32,000 bases of DNA from Candidatus Jordarchaeales archaeon (GTDB lineage: Archaea; Asgardarchaeota; Jordiarchaeia; Jordiarchaeales; Freyrarchaeaceae): contig JAWAHN010000002.1 of assembly GCA_038889235.1 (NCBI GenBank), positions 441,424 through 473,423 on the forward strand. The letters run 5' to 3'. A program made the translations under genes and the position numbers. This document shows positions 9,207 through 18,899 of the stretch, piece by piece. The notes under the pieces were generated by a model. It worked only from the letters and a program-made list of their open reading frames with translations. It searched no databases and was not told the origin of the DNA. Every line of letters begins with the position of its first letter. Within the stretch, counting starts at the first letter, position 1.

Positions 9207-11249
9207 TCACTTCTTTCTAGACGTCACAACGGCAACAGCTATTACTATGACCAGTAGTGTTGCCGCTGCCGCGCCCAACTTCAATGACGCGGAAGCCGCC
9301 TGAGACTGCAAGATACTGCCCAAAGCGTACATGTTTAATGTTACCGCGAGGTCTTCAGGGCTGACAGTAAACCACTGCCAGGCAACTATCCTCCCCTGAG
9401 CCCTAGCGTATTCATCAGGTATAACTCCCTTCAACTCATCTTTAAGGTATAAGACCACGGCCTGCCACTCCGGAACTATACTAGTTCCACTGTAGAGAAG
9501 TACCTTACTTATGAACTCTCCCTCGTTTTCCGTGCCTATAGGTGTCCCGTTTTCGTATTTGGGTTCTATGCGGAAGACCGGGTACTGCTTGTTCACGGTG
9601 GGTATCACCGAGGCTATCCACATGTCCACGCAGACGAGGTACAGCTCGTTGTCCTTTATGGGTATGGTTTTCCCGTCGTCTGTGATTTTCTCAAGTTTAA
9701 TCACCTTCATTGTTGGTAGTCCTGTTGGGTCGTAGACGTAGCGTAGCCCTGATACCTGGAGCAGGAAGCCCATGGCTAGGGCAAGCTCAAGCGCTCTTTT
9801 AACCTCGTAGCCGTACAGGTAGAACGTGCACAGGGGTGAACCCAAGTACGGTCCAACGTAAGGTATTCCTCCTAGCGGAGCGACAGATACTGCGTCGTAA
9901 ACGGTTATGTTACTGCTATTGCTTTTCAGTGCATGGCGTAGGACGCCGCTCTCGACAAGTGCGAAGTCAACCTGCTTCCCGGTTATCTTCTCGGCAATCC
10001 ACCGCATTGCGTCAGCCACTAGGTCGCCTATCGGGTGCTCTTCGTCCTCCGAGCCTATCTCGACAACACCCCTAGCTATCACCTCGTTGTGAACTGGGCA
10101 TCCAAAGTTAGCGAGCAGCGAATTCATTGCCGGAATGTACTTCGAGTTAAGCTCACTCAGTATCGTGGTATTTTCCTCTATGCTGTCATCGATGCGTTTT
10201 GCAGTGTAGCTTCTAACACCTACTCCTTTGCCTGCGTTGCCAAGTGCAACGCTTATTTCGAGAACCCCTAGGTACTCCAGGTAGGCTTTCGCGTCGACTA
10301 TCGTCGTGTTCGTTCCGTCAGGCCTGGTAACTACGATTGGTTCCGTCAACAGTTTGTGGTCGTGGCCACCGACTATGACGTCTATTCCCGGAACCTTTTT
10401 CGCCAACTCCTTGTCCTCCTTCCAGCCGCTGTGCGACAAGAGCACGATCAAGTCAACTCCTTGGCTCTTGAGGTACTCAACCTGCTCCCTGGCGGCCTCT
10501 ACGGGGTCAGTTATTTTGATGTACCTCTGGTAGATCGCGCTCTTGTTCGCGTCATACCCTATCACCGCGAATAACCCTATCTTGAGGCTCTTACCGTTGG
10601 TCGTCACTTCCACTATGTGATTCTTCTTTATGAATCCGGATAGGTTGTTGTAGGTATCGTTTATGAAATTCAGGTTCGAGCAGATTATGGGCGGCAGTTT
10701 GAGACCCCAAGCTGCAAACGTATTGTTAGTGTTATTGAGTATGGTGGCTAGTCCGTGTTCCGTGTAGTCGAACTCATGGTTGCCCAGTCCGATGATGAGG
10801 CTATCTCCTCCGATTAGGGTTAACAAGTGGAGTTCAGGTGAGACGTTCAGCGGCGAAGTTGCCCCGGTACCTATCCAAGTGAAAGATGTCCCCATGAGGA
10901 AATCTCCCGCCACCAGGAATAAGACTGCTTCACCATCAGCAGCCTTTTCACCCCTTATCTGATCAACTAGCGTCGCTAGGCGTGCGATCCCCCCAACGCT
11001 AGCGTCGTTATTTGTACCTGGCTGGTAGTCTGCCAGCGGCCACGGCAGCAGCTCGGAGTGTATGTCGCTCAAGTGGAGAATCGTCAAGTTAACAGTTTCC
11101 ACTTCTTTTACTGTGACGACGCCGTTCGTTGAGGTTGTTGCCAGCAGCGGGGCGGCAGTTAAGCCTCCATTTTGCACTGACAACGGGGCAAGTATTACGG
11201 CGACGAGGAGCAGCGAGAGGGCTAAAGAGAGCAGTTTACCCCTACTCAT
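9207..11249 (-). CDS. Secreted, membrane-anchored 5'-nucleotidase/metallophosphoesterase (UshA/CpdB family)
   Basis: Signal peptide; motifs SDIH, AGDF, GNHEFD, LSHSG, GGHDH; 5'-nucleotidase C domain (IGDLVADAMR...ESGVLR); C-terminal hydrophobic helix plus RKK. Confidence 0.88.
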   Translation of the reverse strand: MSRGKLLSLALSLLLVAVILAPLSVQNGGLTAAPLLATTSTNGVVTVKEVETVNLTILHLSDIHSELLPWPLADYQPGTNNDASVGGIARLATLVDQIRGEKAADGEAVLFLVAGDFLMGTSFTWIGTGATSPLNVSPELHLLTLIGGDSLIIGLGNHEFDYTEHGLATILNNTNNTFAAWGLKLPPIICSNLNFINDTYNNLSGFIKKNHIVEVTTNGKSLKIGLFAVIGYDANKSAIYQRYIKITDPVEAAREQVEYLKSQGVDLIVLLSHSGWKEDKELAKKVPGIDVIVGGHDHKLLTEPIVVTRPDGTNTTIVDAKAYLEYLGVLEISVALGNAGKGVGVRSYTAKRIDDSIEENTTILSELNSKYIPAMNSLLANFGCPVHNEVIARGVVEIGSEDEEHPIGDLVADAMRWIAEKITGKQVDFALVESGVLRHALKSNSSNITVYDAVSVAPLGGIPYVGPYLGSPLCTFYLYGYEVKRALELALAMGFLLQVSGLRYVYDPTGLPTMKVIKLEKITDDGKTIPIKDNELYLVCVDMWIASVIPTVNKQYPVFRIEPKYENGTPIGTENEGEFISKVLLYSGTSIVPEWQAVVLYLKDELKGVIPDEYARAQGRIVAWQWFTVSPEDLAVTLNMYALGSILQSQAASASLKLGAAAATLLVIVIAVAVVTSRKK

Positions 11250-11560
11250 TTTTCCCTCTCCCTTCTTTAAAGGGTAAAAGTGGTTTTTCTAAGAAATAAG
11301 TTTTATTGCAAGGTTGCCCTTGGAACTCTCGGGGGAGGCGAGTCGCCGTTCTAGGGTCCCCACTTGGCGTCTGGCCGGCATCCAGGGTGGACAGCTCGCT
11401 CCCTCTCCAGGCAGGCTTCCGCCCTCCCAATACACAACTCATTGGGGCCCACGGGAAAACTATTTAAACCTTAAACTGAGGGCAGTGGCGTGAAGGCCGC
11501 CGCGTCCCCGGGCGAGCTGACCGTGTTGGCGTTAGCCTCTCAAGGCTCTGAGGTGTGCCG

Positions 11561-12889
11561 ATGTCTTGGCTCGTGTTCTATGGTGGGGTTGGGGAGATCG
11601 GGGGTAACAAGATACTGCTCGAAGACGGCGACACCAGAATCTTCCTCGACTTCGGTGTCTCCTTCTCACAGATGAGCAAGTTTTACTCGGCTCCCTTTCT
11701 GACCCCTAGAAGGGGAGAAGGGCTTGTTGAGCTCGGATTGTTGCCCCGCCTTGAAGGGGTCTACACCTTCGACGAGTCTCAGCCCTCCCTAGACGCGGTG
11801 GTGGTATCCCACGTGCACATGGACCACGTGGGCTTCCTCCCCTTGCTCAAGGAGGAGATCCCAATTCTGTGCGGGGAGACAACAGCTGTGGCAATGGAGG
11901 CATTCACCAGCCTTGAAAAGTGGGTTGTTGGGAGAGGTGTTAAGGGCGGTAGGGTTAAAACGTTTAGGACGGGTAGCAAGCTCAAGGTTGGAAGCGTGGA
12001 GGTCGTACCCGTCCACGTAGACCACTCCGTCCCCGGCTCCTACGGCTTCATCATTCACGCTTCGGAAGGAACGGTGGCATACACGGGGGACTTCAGGATG
12101 CACGGGGCCAGGAGGGATCTCACAGAGGACTTCGTGAGCCTGGCTGAGGAGGAGGGGGTTGACGTTCTCGTGACCGAAGCCACGAACATTCTAAACGCTT
12201 ATGTCTCGTCTGAGAGGGAGGTTGAGGAGAAGCTCGACTACATAGTGAGCAACACTGAAGGCCTCGTCGTAGCATACTTCGCCAGCACAGACATAGACAG
12301 GCTTAGAAGCTTCTACAACGTTGCGAAGAGGAATGGGCGGAAACTTATACTGTCCGCTAAGCAGGCCTACCTGCTGAACATGCTGCACCGCGACACGCGC
12401 CTTAAGATTCCAAGCCTAAAAGACGAGAACCTCATGGTTTTCAAGAAGAGGAAGAAGCAGTACACGAGGTGGGAGGAAGAAGTCATGGGGGAGGGGGTGG
12501 TGGTTGAGGCTGCGGACGTGTCGAGGATGCAGAGGGAAGCCATACTAGTCGCCTCGCTCTACGATTTCGAGGAGCTCATAGACGTCAAACCCATCCCGGG
12601 AAGCTGCTACATATACTCCTCCTCCGAGCCGTTCAGCGAGGAAATGGAGATAGACATGGCGAAGATGAAGAACTGGCTGGACCACTACGGGCTCCCCCAG
12701 TACAGCGTCCACGTCTCAGGTCACGTGATGCCCATAGAGCTGAAGAAAGTGGTTGCCAGAATAAAGCCGAAAACCGTGTTCCCAGTTCACTGCGAGCAGC
12801 CAGAGGCCTTCGCCAGGTTCGTCAAGGGAACCGGTGTAAAAGTCGCCGTCCCCGCAGTGGGAGAAAAACACCCGGTTAGAGGGGCATAA
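11561..12889 (+). CDS. MBL/beta-CASP ribonuclease (RNase J-like)
   Basis: GGVGEIGGN, LDFG, SHVHMDH, DHSVPGS, YTGDFRMHG, HVSGH, PVHCE; TTTAAA at 11463 and RBS GAGGTG. Confidence 0.85.
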   Translation: MSWLVFYGGVGEIGGNKILLEDGDTRIFLDFGVSFSQMSKFYSAPFLTPRRGEGLVELGLLPRLEGVYTFDESQPSLDAVVVSHVHMDHVGFLPLLKEEIPILCGETTAVAMEAFTSLEKWVVGRGVKGGRVKTFRTGSKLKVGSVEVVPVHVDHSVPGSYGFIIHASEGTVAYTGDFRMHGARRDLTEDFVSLAEEEGVDVLVTEATNILNAYVSSEREVEEKLDYIVSNTEGLVVAYFASTDIDRLRSFYNVAKRNGRKLILSAKQAYLLNMLHRDTRLKIPSLKDENLMVFKKRKKQYTRWEEEVMGEGVVVEAADVSRMQREAILVASLYDFEELIDVKPIPGSCYIYSSSEPFSEEMEIDMAKMKNWLDHYGLPQYSVHVSGHVMPIELKKVVARIKPKTVFPVHCEQPEAFARFVKGTGVKVAVPAVGEKHPVRGA

Positions 12890-12933
12890 GGGGTGGCGCG
12901 CGCCCTCGAACCAGAAACCCGCGGGCGCCGAGG

Positions 12934-13908
12934 CTAAAAGGGGCAGAGCGGGTCCGGCTTGAAAAAGGACCCAGTCTCAATGTACGCCCTCGCCCTACAC
13001 CCTCCAAGACACGTCTCCCTAATGGGGCAGGAAGAACACTTCCCCTCAAGCATCCTCCAGTCGAGTAAACCCGTGCCCTCGCGCACACAGTAAAGCTTCC
13101 TCCAGCTCTCCGGGCCACCGTCCCTCAGTATGTTTCCCACCTTGAAGTCCAGCACGTCGCAGAGCAACACGTCCCCCACAGTGTTTAAGTCCATAACCCT
13201 GTAATAGCACCCCCAAACCTTGACGTGCTTCGACCTCACAACCATCTCGGCGAACGGCGTACAGCGTACCTCAGCCGGGTAAGACAGGCTGTCCGCGGCC
13301 ACCCCTATCTCGATGAGCGCCTGCTTCAACTTTTCAGGCGTCAACGCTAGGCTTCTGTTCCCCTTAGCTGCCCCAGAGGGCATTAGGGTGAGAAAGGAGG
13401 CCATGCGGCCCCCCAAGTCGCAGGAGAAAGAGACAAACTTCCCCGCCTCGTGGAAGTTGAGGGCGCTTATGGCCATCACCGGCGTGAACTCCAGCCCGGA
13501 AGCCTTCATGACACCGGCCGCGGAGAGGATTTTCTCCCATGCCCCTCCCCCCCTCACACTCTCGCACACCTTCTTCGAAGCCCCGTCGACGCTCAGCAGA
13601 ACCCTCACCTCGAGCCTTGACAGCAACTCCGCAACCCGGCCGTCCACGAGGAAACCATTGGTAACTATCTCCACGCCCATCCCGAGGTCGACAGCGTAGC
13701 GCATTAGCTCCGGCAGGTCCTCCCTCATCAGAGGCTCCCCGCCGACGAACGAAACCATCCCAGCCCCAGCCTCAGCCGCCTCGGCTACAAGCCTCCGCCC
13801 ATCCTCGGTCCCAAGCTCAGCGTGAAACCGCCCCCTAACATAGCAGTGAACACACGCACCGTTACACCTCAACGTGCACGGCCAAACCACAGCCTCCAGT
13901 GGAACCAC
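12934..13908 (-). CDS. Radical SAM/SPASM domain protein (PqqE/Ahb/NirJ-like clan)
   Basis: CNGACVHC, GGEP, TNG, C-terminal CSSC...CLGGCRARA...DPLC. Start likely GTG 13908 (ORF extends to 13950). Confidence 0.82.
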   Translation of the reverse strand: MVPLEAVVWPCTLRCNGACVHCYVRGRFHAELGTEDGRRLVAEAAEAGAGMVSFVGGEPLMREDLPELMRYAVDLGMGVEIVTNGFLVDGRVAELLSRLEVRVLLSVDGASKKVCESVRGGGAWEKILSAAGVMKASGLEFTPVMAISALNFHEAGKFVSFSCDLGGRMASFLTLMPSGAAKGNRSLALTPEKLKQALIEIGVAADSLSYPAEVRCTPFAEMVVRSKHVKVWGCYYRVMDLNTVGDVLLCDVLDFKVGNILRDGGPESWRKLYCVREGTGLLDWRMLEGKCSSCPIRETCLGGCRARAYIETGSFFKPDPLCPF

Positions 13909-14000
13909 TCTCGAGCCCCCTACACAAATCACCTTTAAACTAACTGCCAAGAGAAAAGATAAAAATGGTTTTCGCGGGTCATCTCAGAAGGTGGTCACGC

Positions 14001-14894
14001 TTGGAGTTCAAGGTAGCCCTAGCCCAGATGAGTAGCGCGCGCGGCGACGTCGAGGGAAACCTCGAGAAAATGCGCCGCTTCGTCGAGGAAGCTGCAGCCT
14101 CCGGGGCGGAAATCGTGGTCTTCCCAGAAATGTGCCTCTGCGGCTACACGGTGATGGATGGAAGGGACTTCGAAACCTTTCACAAGTGCGTCCAGAGCCT
14201 CGACAGCCCACCCATTAGGAAGCTCTCCCGCCTCTCCTCGAAAAGCAACATCCACATAGTATTCGGCGCCCCCATGGAGGACCCGGCAAGGAAGGGTGTG
14301 GTCTACAACAGCGCGGTCCTCCTGGAGCCGGACGGCGGAGTACACGTCTACAACAAGATCCACCTTCCAACCGGGAGGTACGGGGAGAGCACCTTCTACG
14401 AACACATGTACTGCAAGCCTGGAAGCGAGCTGAAGCTCTGCGAAACCAGGCTTGGAAGGATAGGGCTGCAGGTTTGCCGCGACTACGCCTTCCCGGAGGT
14501 CTCAAGGGCCTACTGCTACGCGGGCGTCGACGTTATAGTCAACATATCAGCCGCCCCAGCCACCTCGAAGCGCTTCTTCGACATAATCCTCCCAGCGAGA
14601 GCCCTCGAAAACTCATCCTTCCTAGTATACGTCAACGCCGTTGGAAAGTACGGCGATGTGGAGTTCTTCGGCGGAAGCAGGATAATAAACCCGCTCGGAG
14701 AAACGGTCGTCGAGTGCAAGACAGGGGAGGAAGAACTAGCAGTGGGAACCATAAGCCTCGAACAGCTGAGGGAGACGAGAACCAGGCTTCCAATACTGAA
14801 AGACGTCCAACCACCAGAGTTCTACAACAAGCTCACGAGAAAAATCTTGGATGAAGATTGCCGACAAAAAACGGGGAAAAAGGGGAGGCCTTAG
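14001..14894 (+). CDS. Carbon-nitrogen hydrolase (nitrilase superfamily)
   Basis: KVALAQ, catalytic triad contexts FPE, YNKIHL, VCRD; TTG 14001 after AAGGTGG (ORF extends to 13965). Confidence 0.88.
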   Translation: MEFKVALAQMSSARGDVEGNLEKMRRFVEEAAASGAEIVVFPEMCLCGYTVMDGRDFETFHKCVQSLDSPPIRKLSRLSSKSNIHIVFGAPMEDPARKGVVYNSAVLLEPDGGVHVYNKIHLPTGRYGESTFYEHMYCKPGSELKLCETRLGRIGLQVCRDYAFPEVSRAYCYAGVDVIVNISAAPATSKRFFDIILPARALENSSFLVYVNAVGKYGDVEFFGGSRIINPLGETVVECKTGEEELAVGTISLEQLRETRTRLPILKDVQPPEFYNKLTRKILDEDCRQKTGKKGRP

Positions 14895-16537
14895 AACTCA
14901 CCGCCAGTCTCCGGCAGCTTCCCCGTCTCGCCCTTCTCCTTCTCTTTCTCTTCCTTGTGAGGCTTGCTCGCTATAACGTCGTCGATCCTCAGTATCATCG
15001 AAGCAGCCTCGCTGGCGCTCTTTATCGCGTGCTTCTTGACTCTCAGAGGCTCCAGCACCCCGAGCTTAAGCATGTCGTCCGGCTTGCCCGTCTGAATGTT
15101 CAACCCATAAGTCTTCTTGCCCTTGTCATGCTCAGCCCTCAAAGCCACCAGCGCGTCAAGCGGGTCGTGTCCACTGTTCTCAGCCAGCGTCTTCGGAACA
15201 ATCTCCACAGCGTCGGCGAAAGCTTCAATCGCCAGCTGCTCCTTCCCTCCAACGGACTCAGCGTACTTCCTCAGCTGCCTCGCCACCTCCACCTCGGCCG
15301 CGCCGCCACCAGCAACATACTTCTGGTCCTCTATAGCGTTCCTCACAACGCACAGCGCGTCGTTGAGTGCCCTCTCAGCCTCATCAACCACGTGCTCCGT
15401 CCCACCGCGCACCACGATGGTCACAGCCTTCGGGTTCTTGCACTCCCTCACGTAGACAACCTTGTCCTCGCCTATCTTAACCTCCTCGACGAGTCCAGCC
15501 TCGCCAAGCACGTCCGGCGACAAGTCGTCGAAGCTCGTCACTATCTTAGCTCCCGTGGCCTTCGCGAGCTTCTCCATGTCACTCTTCTTAACGCGGCGAA
15601 CCGCAAGAATCCCAGCCTTCGCCAAGAAGTGCTGAGCCAAGTCATCAATACCCTTCTGGCAGAACAGAACATTGGCACCGCTAGCCTTAACCTTGTCAAC
15701 CATGCTCTTCAAGATCTTCTGCTCCTCCTCCAAGAACAGCTTCATCTGCGACGGGTCAGTGATCCTGATCTCGGCGTCAAACTCGGTCTTCTCAACCTCG
15801 AGAGGCGCGTCGACAAGCGCAATCTTCGCATCCTTAACCCTCTTAGGCATCGCCGGGTGCACGACCTCCTTATCTATCACCATACCCCTGACAAGCTCTG
15901 TCTCAAGCAGACTCTTACCCTGCTTCTTCAAAATGTTAACCATGTCCCTGTCAGCCTCGTACTTCCCGTCCTTCTTCTCCGCAACCTGAAGTATGGCCTC
16001 AACAGCCACCCTGGCAAGGTGCTCCCTAGCGCCAGCCACAACCTTACTGTTAAGCGAGGTCATAGCAATCTTAGTCAAGGTCTCCACATCGTCCGGCTTA
16101 ACATCCATGGCGATGCCTTCAAGAACCTCGACAGCCTTAGCCGCAGCCTTCTTGAAACCGTTCACAATGACCGTCGGGTGAATCTTCTGGTCGAGAAGCT
16201 CCTCAGCCTTCCTCAAAAGCTCACCAGCAACTATGACCGCGGTGGTCGTCCCATCCCCCACCTCGTCGTCCTGCGCCTTGGCAACCTCAACCATCATCTT
16301 CGCCGCAGGATGCTGCACATCTATCTCGTCAAGTATAGTCGCCCCATCGTTCGTAATTGTGATATCGCCGAGGCTGTCGACGAGCATCTTGTCCATGCCT
16401 CTGGGGCCGAGCGTGGTCCTGATAGCCTCCGCGACAACCCTAGCCGCCATTATGTTGCTGCGCTGCGCATCCCTACCACGTGTCCTCTCGGTTCCCTCCT
16501 TAAGTATCAAGACGGGGACGCCACTAATCATCGCCAA
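14891..16537 (-). CDS. ths: Thermosome subunit (group II chaperonin)
   Basis: [51 protein letters not shown]; start TTG 16537 or ATG 16531 after AAGGAGG. Confidence 0.97.
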   Translation of the reverse strand: MAMISGVPVLILKEGTERTRGRDAQRSNIMAARVVAEAIRTTLGPRGMDKMLVDSLGDITITNDGATILDEIDVQHPAAKMMVEVAKAQDDEVGDGTTTAVIVAGELLRKAEELLDQKIHPTVIVNGFKKAAAKAVEVLEGIAMDVKPDDVETLTKIAMTSLNSKVVAGAREHLARVAVEAILQVAEKKDGKYEADRDMVNILKKQGKSLLETELVRGMVIDKEVVHPAMPKRVKDAKIALVDAPLEVEKTEFDAEIRITDPSQMKLFLEEEQKILKSMVDKVKASGANVLFCQKGIDDLAQHFLAKAGILAVRRVKKSDMEKLAKATGAKIVTSFDDLSPDVLGEAGLVEEVKIGEDKVVYVRECKNPKAVTIVVRGGTEHVVDEAERALNDALCVVRNAIEDQKYVAGGGAAEVEVARQLRKYAESVGGKEQLAIEAFADAVEIVPKTLAENSGHDPLDALVALRAEHDKGKKTYGLNIQTGKPDDMLKLGVLEPLRVKKHAIKSASEAASMILRIDDVIASKPHKEEKEKEKGETGKLPETGGEF

Positions 16538-16594
16538 GCCAAATCCCTCCTTAGACACTCGTAGAGAAGTCATAGATTGGTGAAAATGCACTTC

Positions 16595-16610
16595 TATATA
16601 AAGTTAACGC
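16595..16610 (-). promoter_or_regulatory. Putative BRE/TATA of thermosome gene
   Basis: Minus strand GCGTTAACTTTATATA, about 60 bp upstream of the start codon. Confidence 0.55.
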
Positions 16611-16830
16611 TAGCCGCAGATCCAACAAACAACACCACGAAAGCCCGCAACACAAACAACCTCTAAAAACAAGCCACGAAAAACAGTGCACGCGTAGCAA
16701 AAGGGCCTGGGAAGGAAGGCAGCCCAACCGGGAGCAGCTCGGGCACGCGGCGTCGAAACAAAGTTCACAGGGACAACACCTAAAAAGGAAGCCAACCCTT
16801 GGAAGAACACCCGCCCCTTTTATCCCACTT

Positions 16831-17367
16831 TCATCCCTTCCCTCCAACCACCTCCTTTGGAATCTTCACTTCCAATATCCCATTTCTATAGCTTATCTTA
16901 AGCTCATCTGGCTTCACACACGCCGGCAACTTTATACGCTTGTAATACCTGTCCCCAGCCCTCACTTCAAGCTCATCCCTAGTACAGTTAACGGATATTT
17001 CGCTCTCATCAACCCCTGGGACCTCAACCGCAACTATCACTTCACCCTCCCCCTCAATAACATCAACAAGAGGCTCCCTAACCTCCTTTATCATCGAAGA
17101 AGGCTCAGAAGACGGCTGAAAGTTACCAAACTGTCTAACCTCAGGCTTACCATCCGGCCCAATCCTCACACTCCAACCCCACACTATCGGACCAGTAACT
17201 TCAGTTCCATCGGGAAGCCGCACCCTCGGCAACTCCCTCATCAACCTGTCAAACTCAGCGAAAGGCTCCCTGAAAAACCTCTCAACCATCTCCTCAAACT
17301 CCTCAAACCAGCCACCAAAAAAGTCATCAAAAGGCAACCGCCTCTTCCTTCTACGCTCCCAACCCAT
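16831..17367 (-). CDS. hsp20: Archaeal small heat-shock protein Hsp20
   Basis: GPIVWGWSVRIGPDGKPEVRQFGN, EPLVDVIE, VEVPGV, YRNGILEVKI; start at ATG 17367 (the longer ORF upstream is low-complexity sequence). Confidence 0.92.
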   Translation of the reverse strand: MGWERRRKRRLPFDDFFGGWFEEFEEMVERFFREPFAEFDRLMRELPRVRLPDGTEVTGPIVWGWSVRIGPDGKPEVRQFGNFQPSSEPSSMIKEVREPLVDVIEGEGEVIVAVEVPGVDESEISVNCTRDELEVRAGDRYYKRIKLPACVKPDELKISYRNGILEVKIPKEVVGGKG

Positions 17368-17410
17368 ACACACCACCACAACAAACCCAAGAAATACAAA
17401 GCAAAAAACA

Positions 17411-17426
17411 CATTTTAAAGTTACGC
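17411..17426 (-). promoter_or_regulatory. Putative BRE/TATA of hsp20
   Basis: Minus strand GCGTAACTTTAAAATG, about 45 bp upstream of the ATG; retains T/G residues inside an otherwise A/C-only tract. Confidence 0.5.
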
Positions 17427-17597
17427 CAACACAAACCAAAAACACAACCCACCAAAAACAACAACCCAAAACCACAAAACCCAGCAAACCAACCCCAAAC
17501 CACCCCAACCCCTCCCACTAAAAGAAACAATACAATATCTATTAACAACTATTAACAACAATAAGACACTTTTTCACCCCCTCCCGCCAAACCCCCA

Positions 17598-18899
17598 CTT
17601 TCAACTCTCTCACTAAGATTCATCTTTATGTCGAAGTACTTTCAACTCTCTCGCTGAGATTCCTTGCCCTCCTTAAGAAGCCTGGCGAACCGCCTCAGCA
17701 GCCTCCAGTAAACATATATTACAATTGCAATATAGAGTATCAGGCCAGCCAGCTCCAACCCGCAACCCCCCGCTATGCTTTCGGCAGCCTTTCAACTCTC
17801 TCGCTGAGATTCTGTGCTGTTGGTCACCGTCCTTATGGCTTCGACTGTTTCTTTCAACTCTCTCGCTGAGATTCTTAAGCCTGTGCAGCCTAGTTGCCGG
17901 TAAGCCCATCGACCTTTCAACTCTCTCGCTGAGATTCCACGTATGCTGTCCGCATAGTAAACGATGTGCTCGTCGGGCACCTTTCAACTCTCTCGCTGAG
18001 ATTCAGCCAAGCATATAGAGGCGGGAGAAGCGAAAGCTTCGTAAGCTTTCAACTCTCTCGCTGAGATTCAGAACGACATAGTGCCAGCGCTCGACGGTGT
18101 GTTTAACCTCTTTCAACTCTCTCGCTGAGATTCGTGGCCCCAAAAGGCGCCATAGTCGTTCTCAGGTACGAGACCTTTCAACTCTCTCGCTGAGATTCTG
18201 ATCCACTCGACCTCGAACTCCGCTCTAACGCCCTTGAACTTTCAACTCTCTCGCTGAGATTCACGAAGACGACTGCAAAAATAAGGGTTGCCGCGAGCAC
18301 CTTTCAACTCTCTCGCTGAGATTCGACAGCATACCCCATATATGCAACGACCACTAGAGAACTTTCATCTCTCTCGCTGAGATTCTTATTTTATTAGTTT
18401 TTGTTGGTGGTGTTTATGAGTCTTTCAACTCTCTCGCTGAGATTCGAATCAGTGGAGCTAAGAACAAGTGCGTTCAACCCCCAACCTTTCAACTCTCTCG
18501 CTGAGATTCTCTCCAACCACTCCTTTTCTCCACATTATGTATATTATGTCTTTCAACTCTCTCGCTGAGATTCTGGAAAAAGAGGGGGTTGTCGAGTACA
18601 GGGAGGCGCAGAGGAGGATTCTTTCAACTCTCTCGCTGAGATTCTTGTTTTACCGCATCTATGTTCCAACGCACACCAGCGTGCTTTCAACTCTCTCGCT
18701 GAGATTCTTAACAGCTGGCAAGCGTATGTTAACGGCTGGATCAGCAGCTCTTTCAACTCTCTCGCTGAGATTCTCACCTCGAACACGAAATCATAATGCG
18801 AACATCTATATTCTTTCAACTCTCTCGCTGAGATTCGCAGTATTTTGCAGAGAGAGCAGTTCCTGTTGTTGATCACTTTCAACTCTCTCGCTGAGATTC
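17598..18899 (-). CRISPR. CRISPR array: 20 repeats of 24 bp (GAATCTCAGCGAGAGAGTTGAAAG on minus strand), 19 spacers
   Basis: Repeat starts on + strand: 17598 (degenerate, 2 G>A), 17639, 17789, 17851, 17914, 17981, 18046, 18110, 18175, 18239, 18301, 18362 (one A>T), 18422, 18486, 18550, 18621, 18684, 18750, 18813, 18876. Spacers are 36-47 nt except 17 nt and 126 nt at the trailer. Orientation from the 3' GAAAG end and the degenerate trailer repeat. Confidence 0.99.

Noticed and set aside
13951-13964. Only 14 bp between divergent radical SAM and nitrilase ORF starts
   Set aside because: RBS-supported starts at 13908 and 14001 give a normal ~90-bp intergenic region containing TTTAAA.
14858-16564. 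568-aa antisense ORF over the thermosome
   Set aside because: Shadow ORF: the G/T-ending codon bias of ths removes TTA/CTA/TCA codons and so the antisense stops; no protein motifs.
17715-17734. Near-perfect 20-bp palindrome TATATTACAATTGCAATATA in the giant spacer as an operator or internal promoter
   Set aside because: Explained by the codons for LYIAIVIY in the open frame; no independent support.
17758-17782. Possible decayed repeat inside the giant spacer (cccgcaaccccccgctatgctttc)
   Set aside because: Many mismatches and an indel; it would leave a 6-nt spacer, and the reading frame runs through it uninterrupted.
18027-18040. GAAGC-GAAA-GCTTC tetraloop hairpin in a spacer
   Set aside because: A 5-bp stem can arise by chance among 19 spacers; no RNA gene recognised.
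18708-18749. Internal direct repeat TTAAC(A/G)GCTGG in a spacer
   Set aside because: Most simply reflects a repeat-coding protospacer; says nothing about the array mechanism.
17673-18882. ORFs running through the CRISPR array
   Set aside because: Periodic repeat translations (LSTLSLRF, RISARELK, FNSLAEI); not genes.
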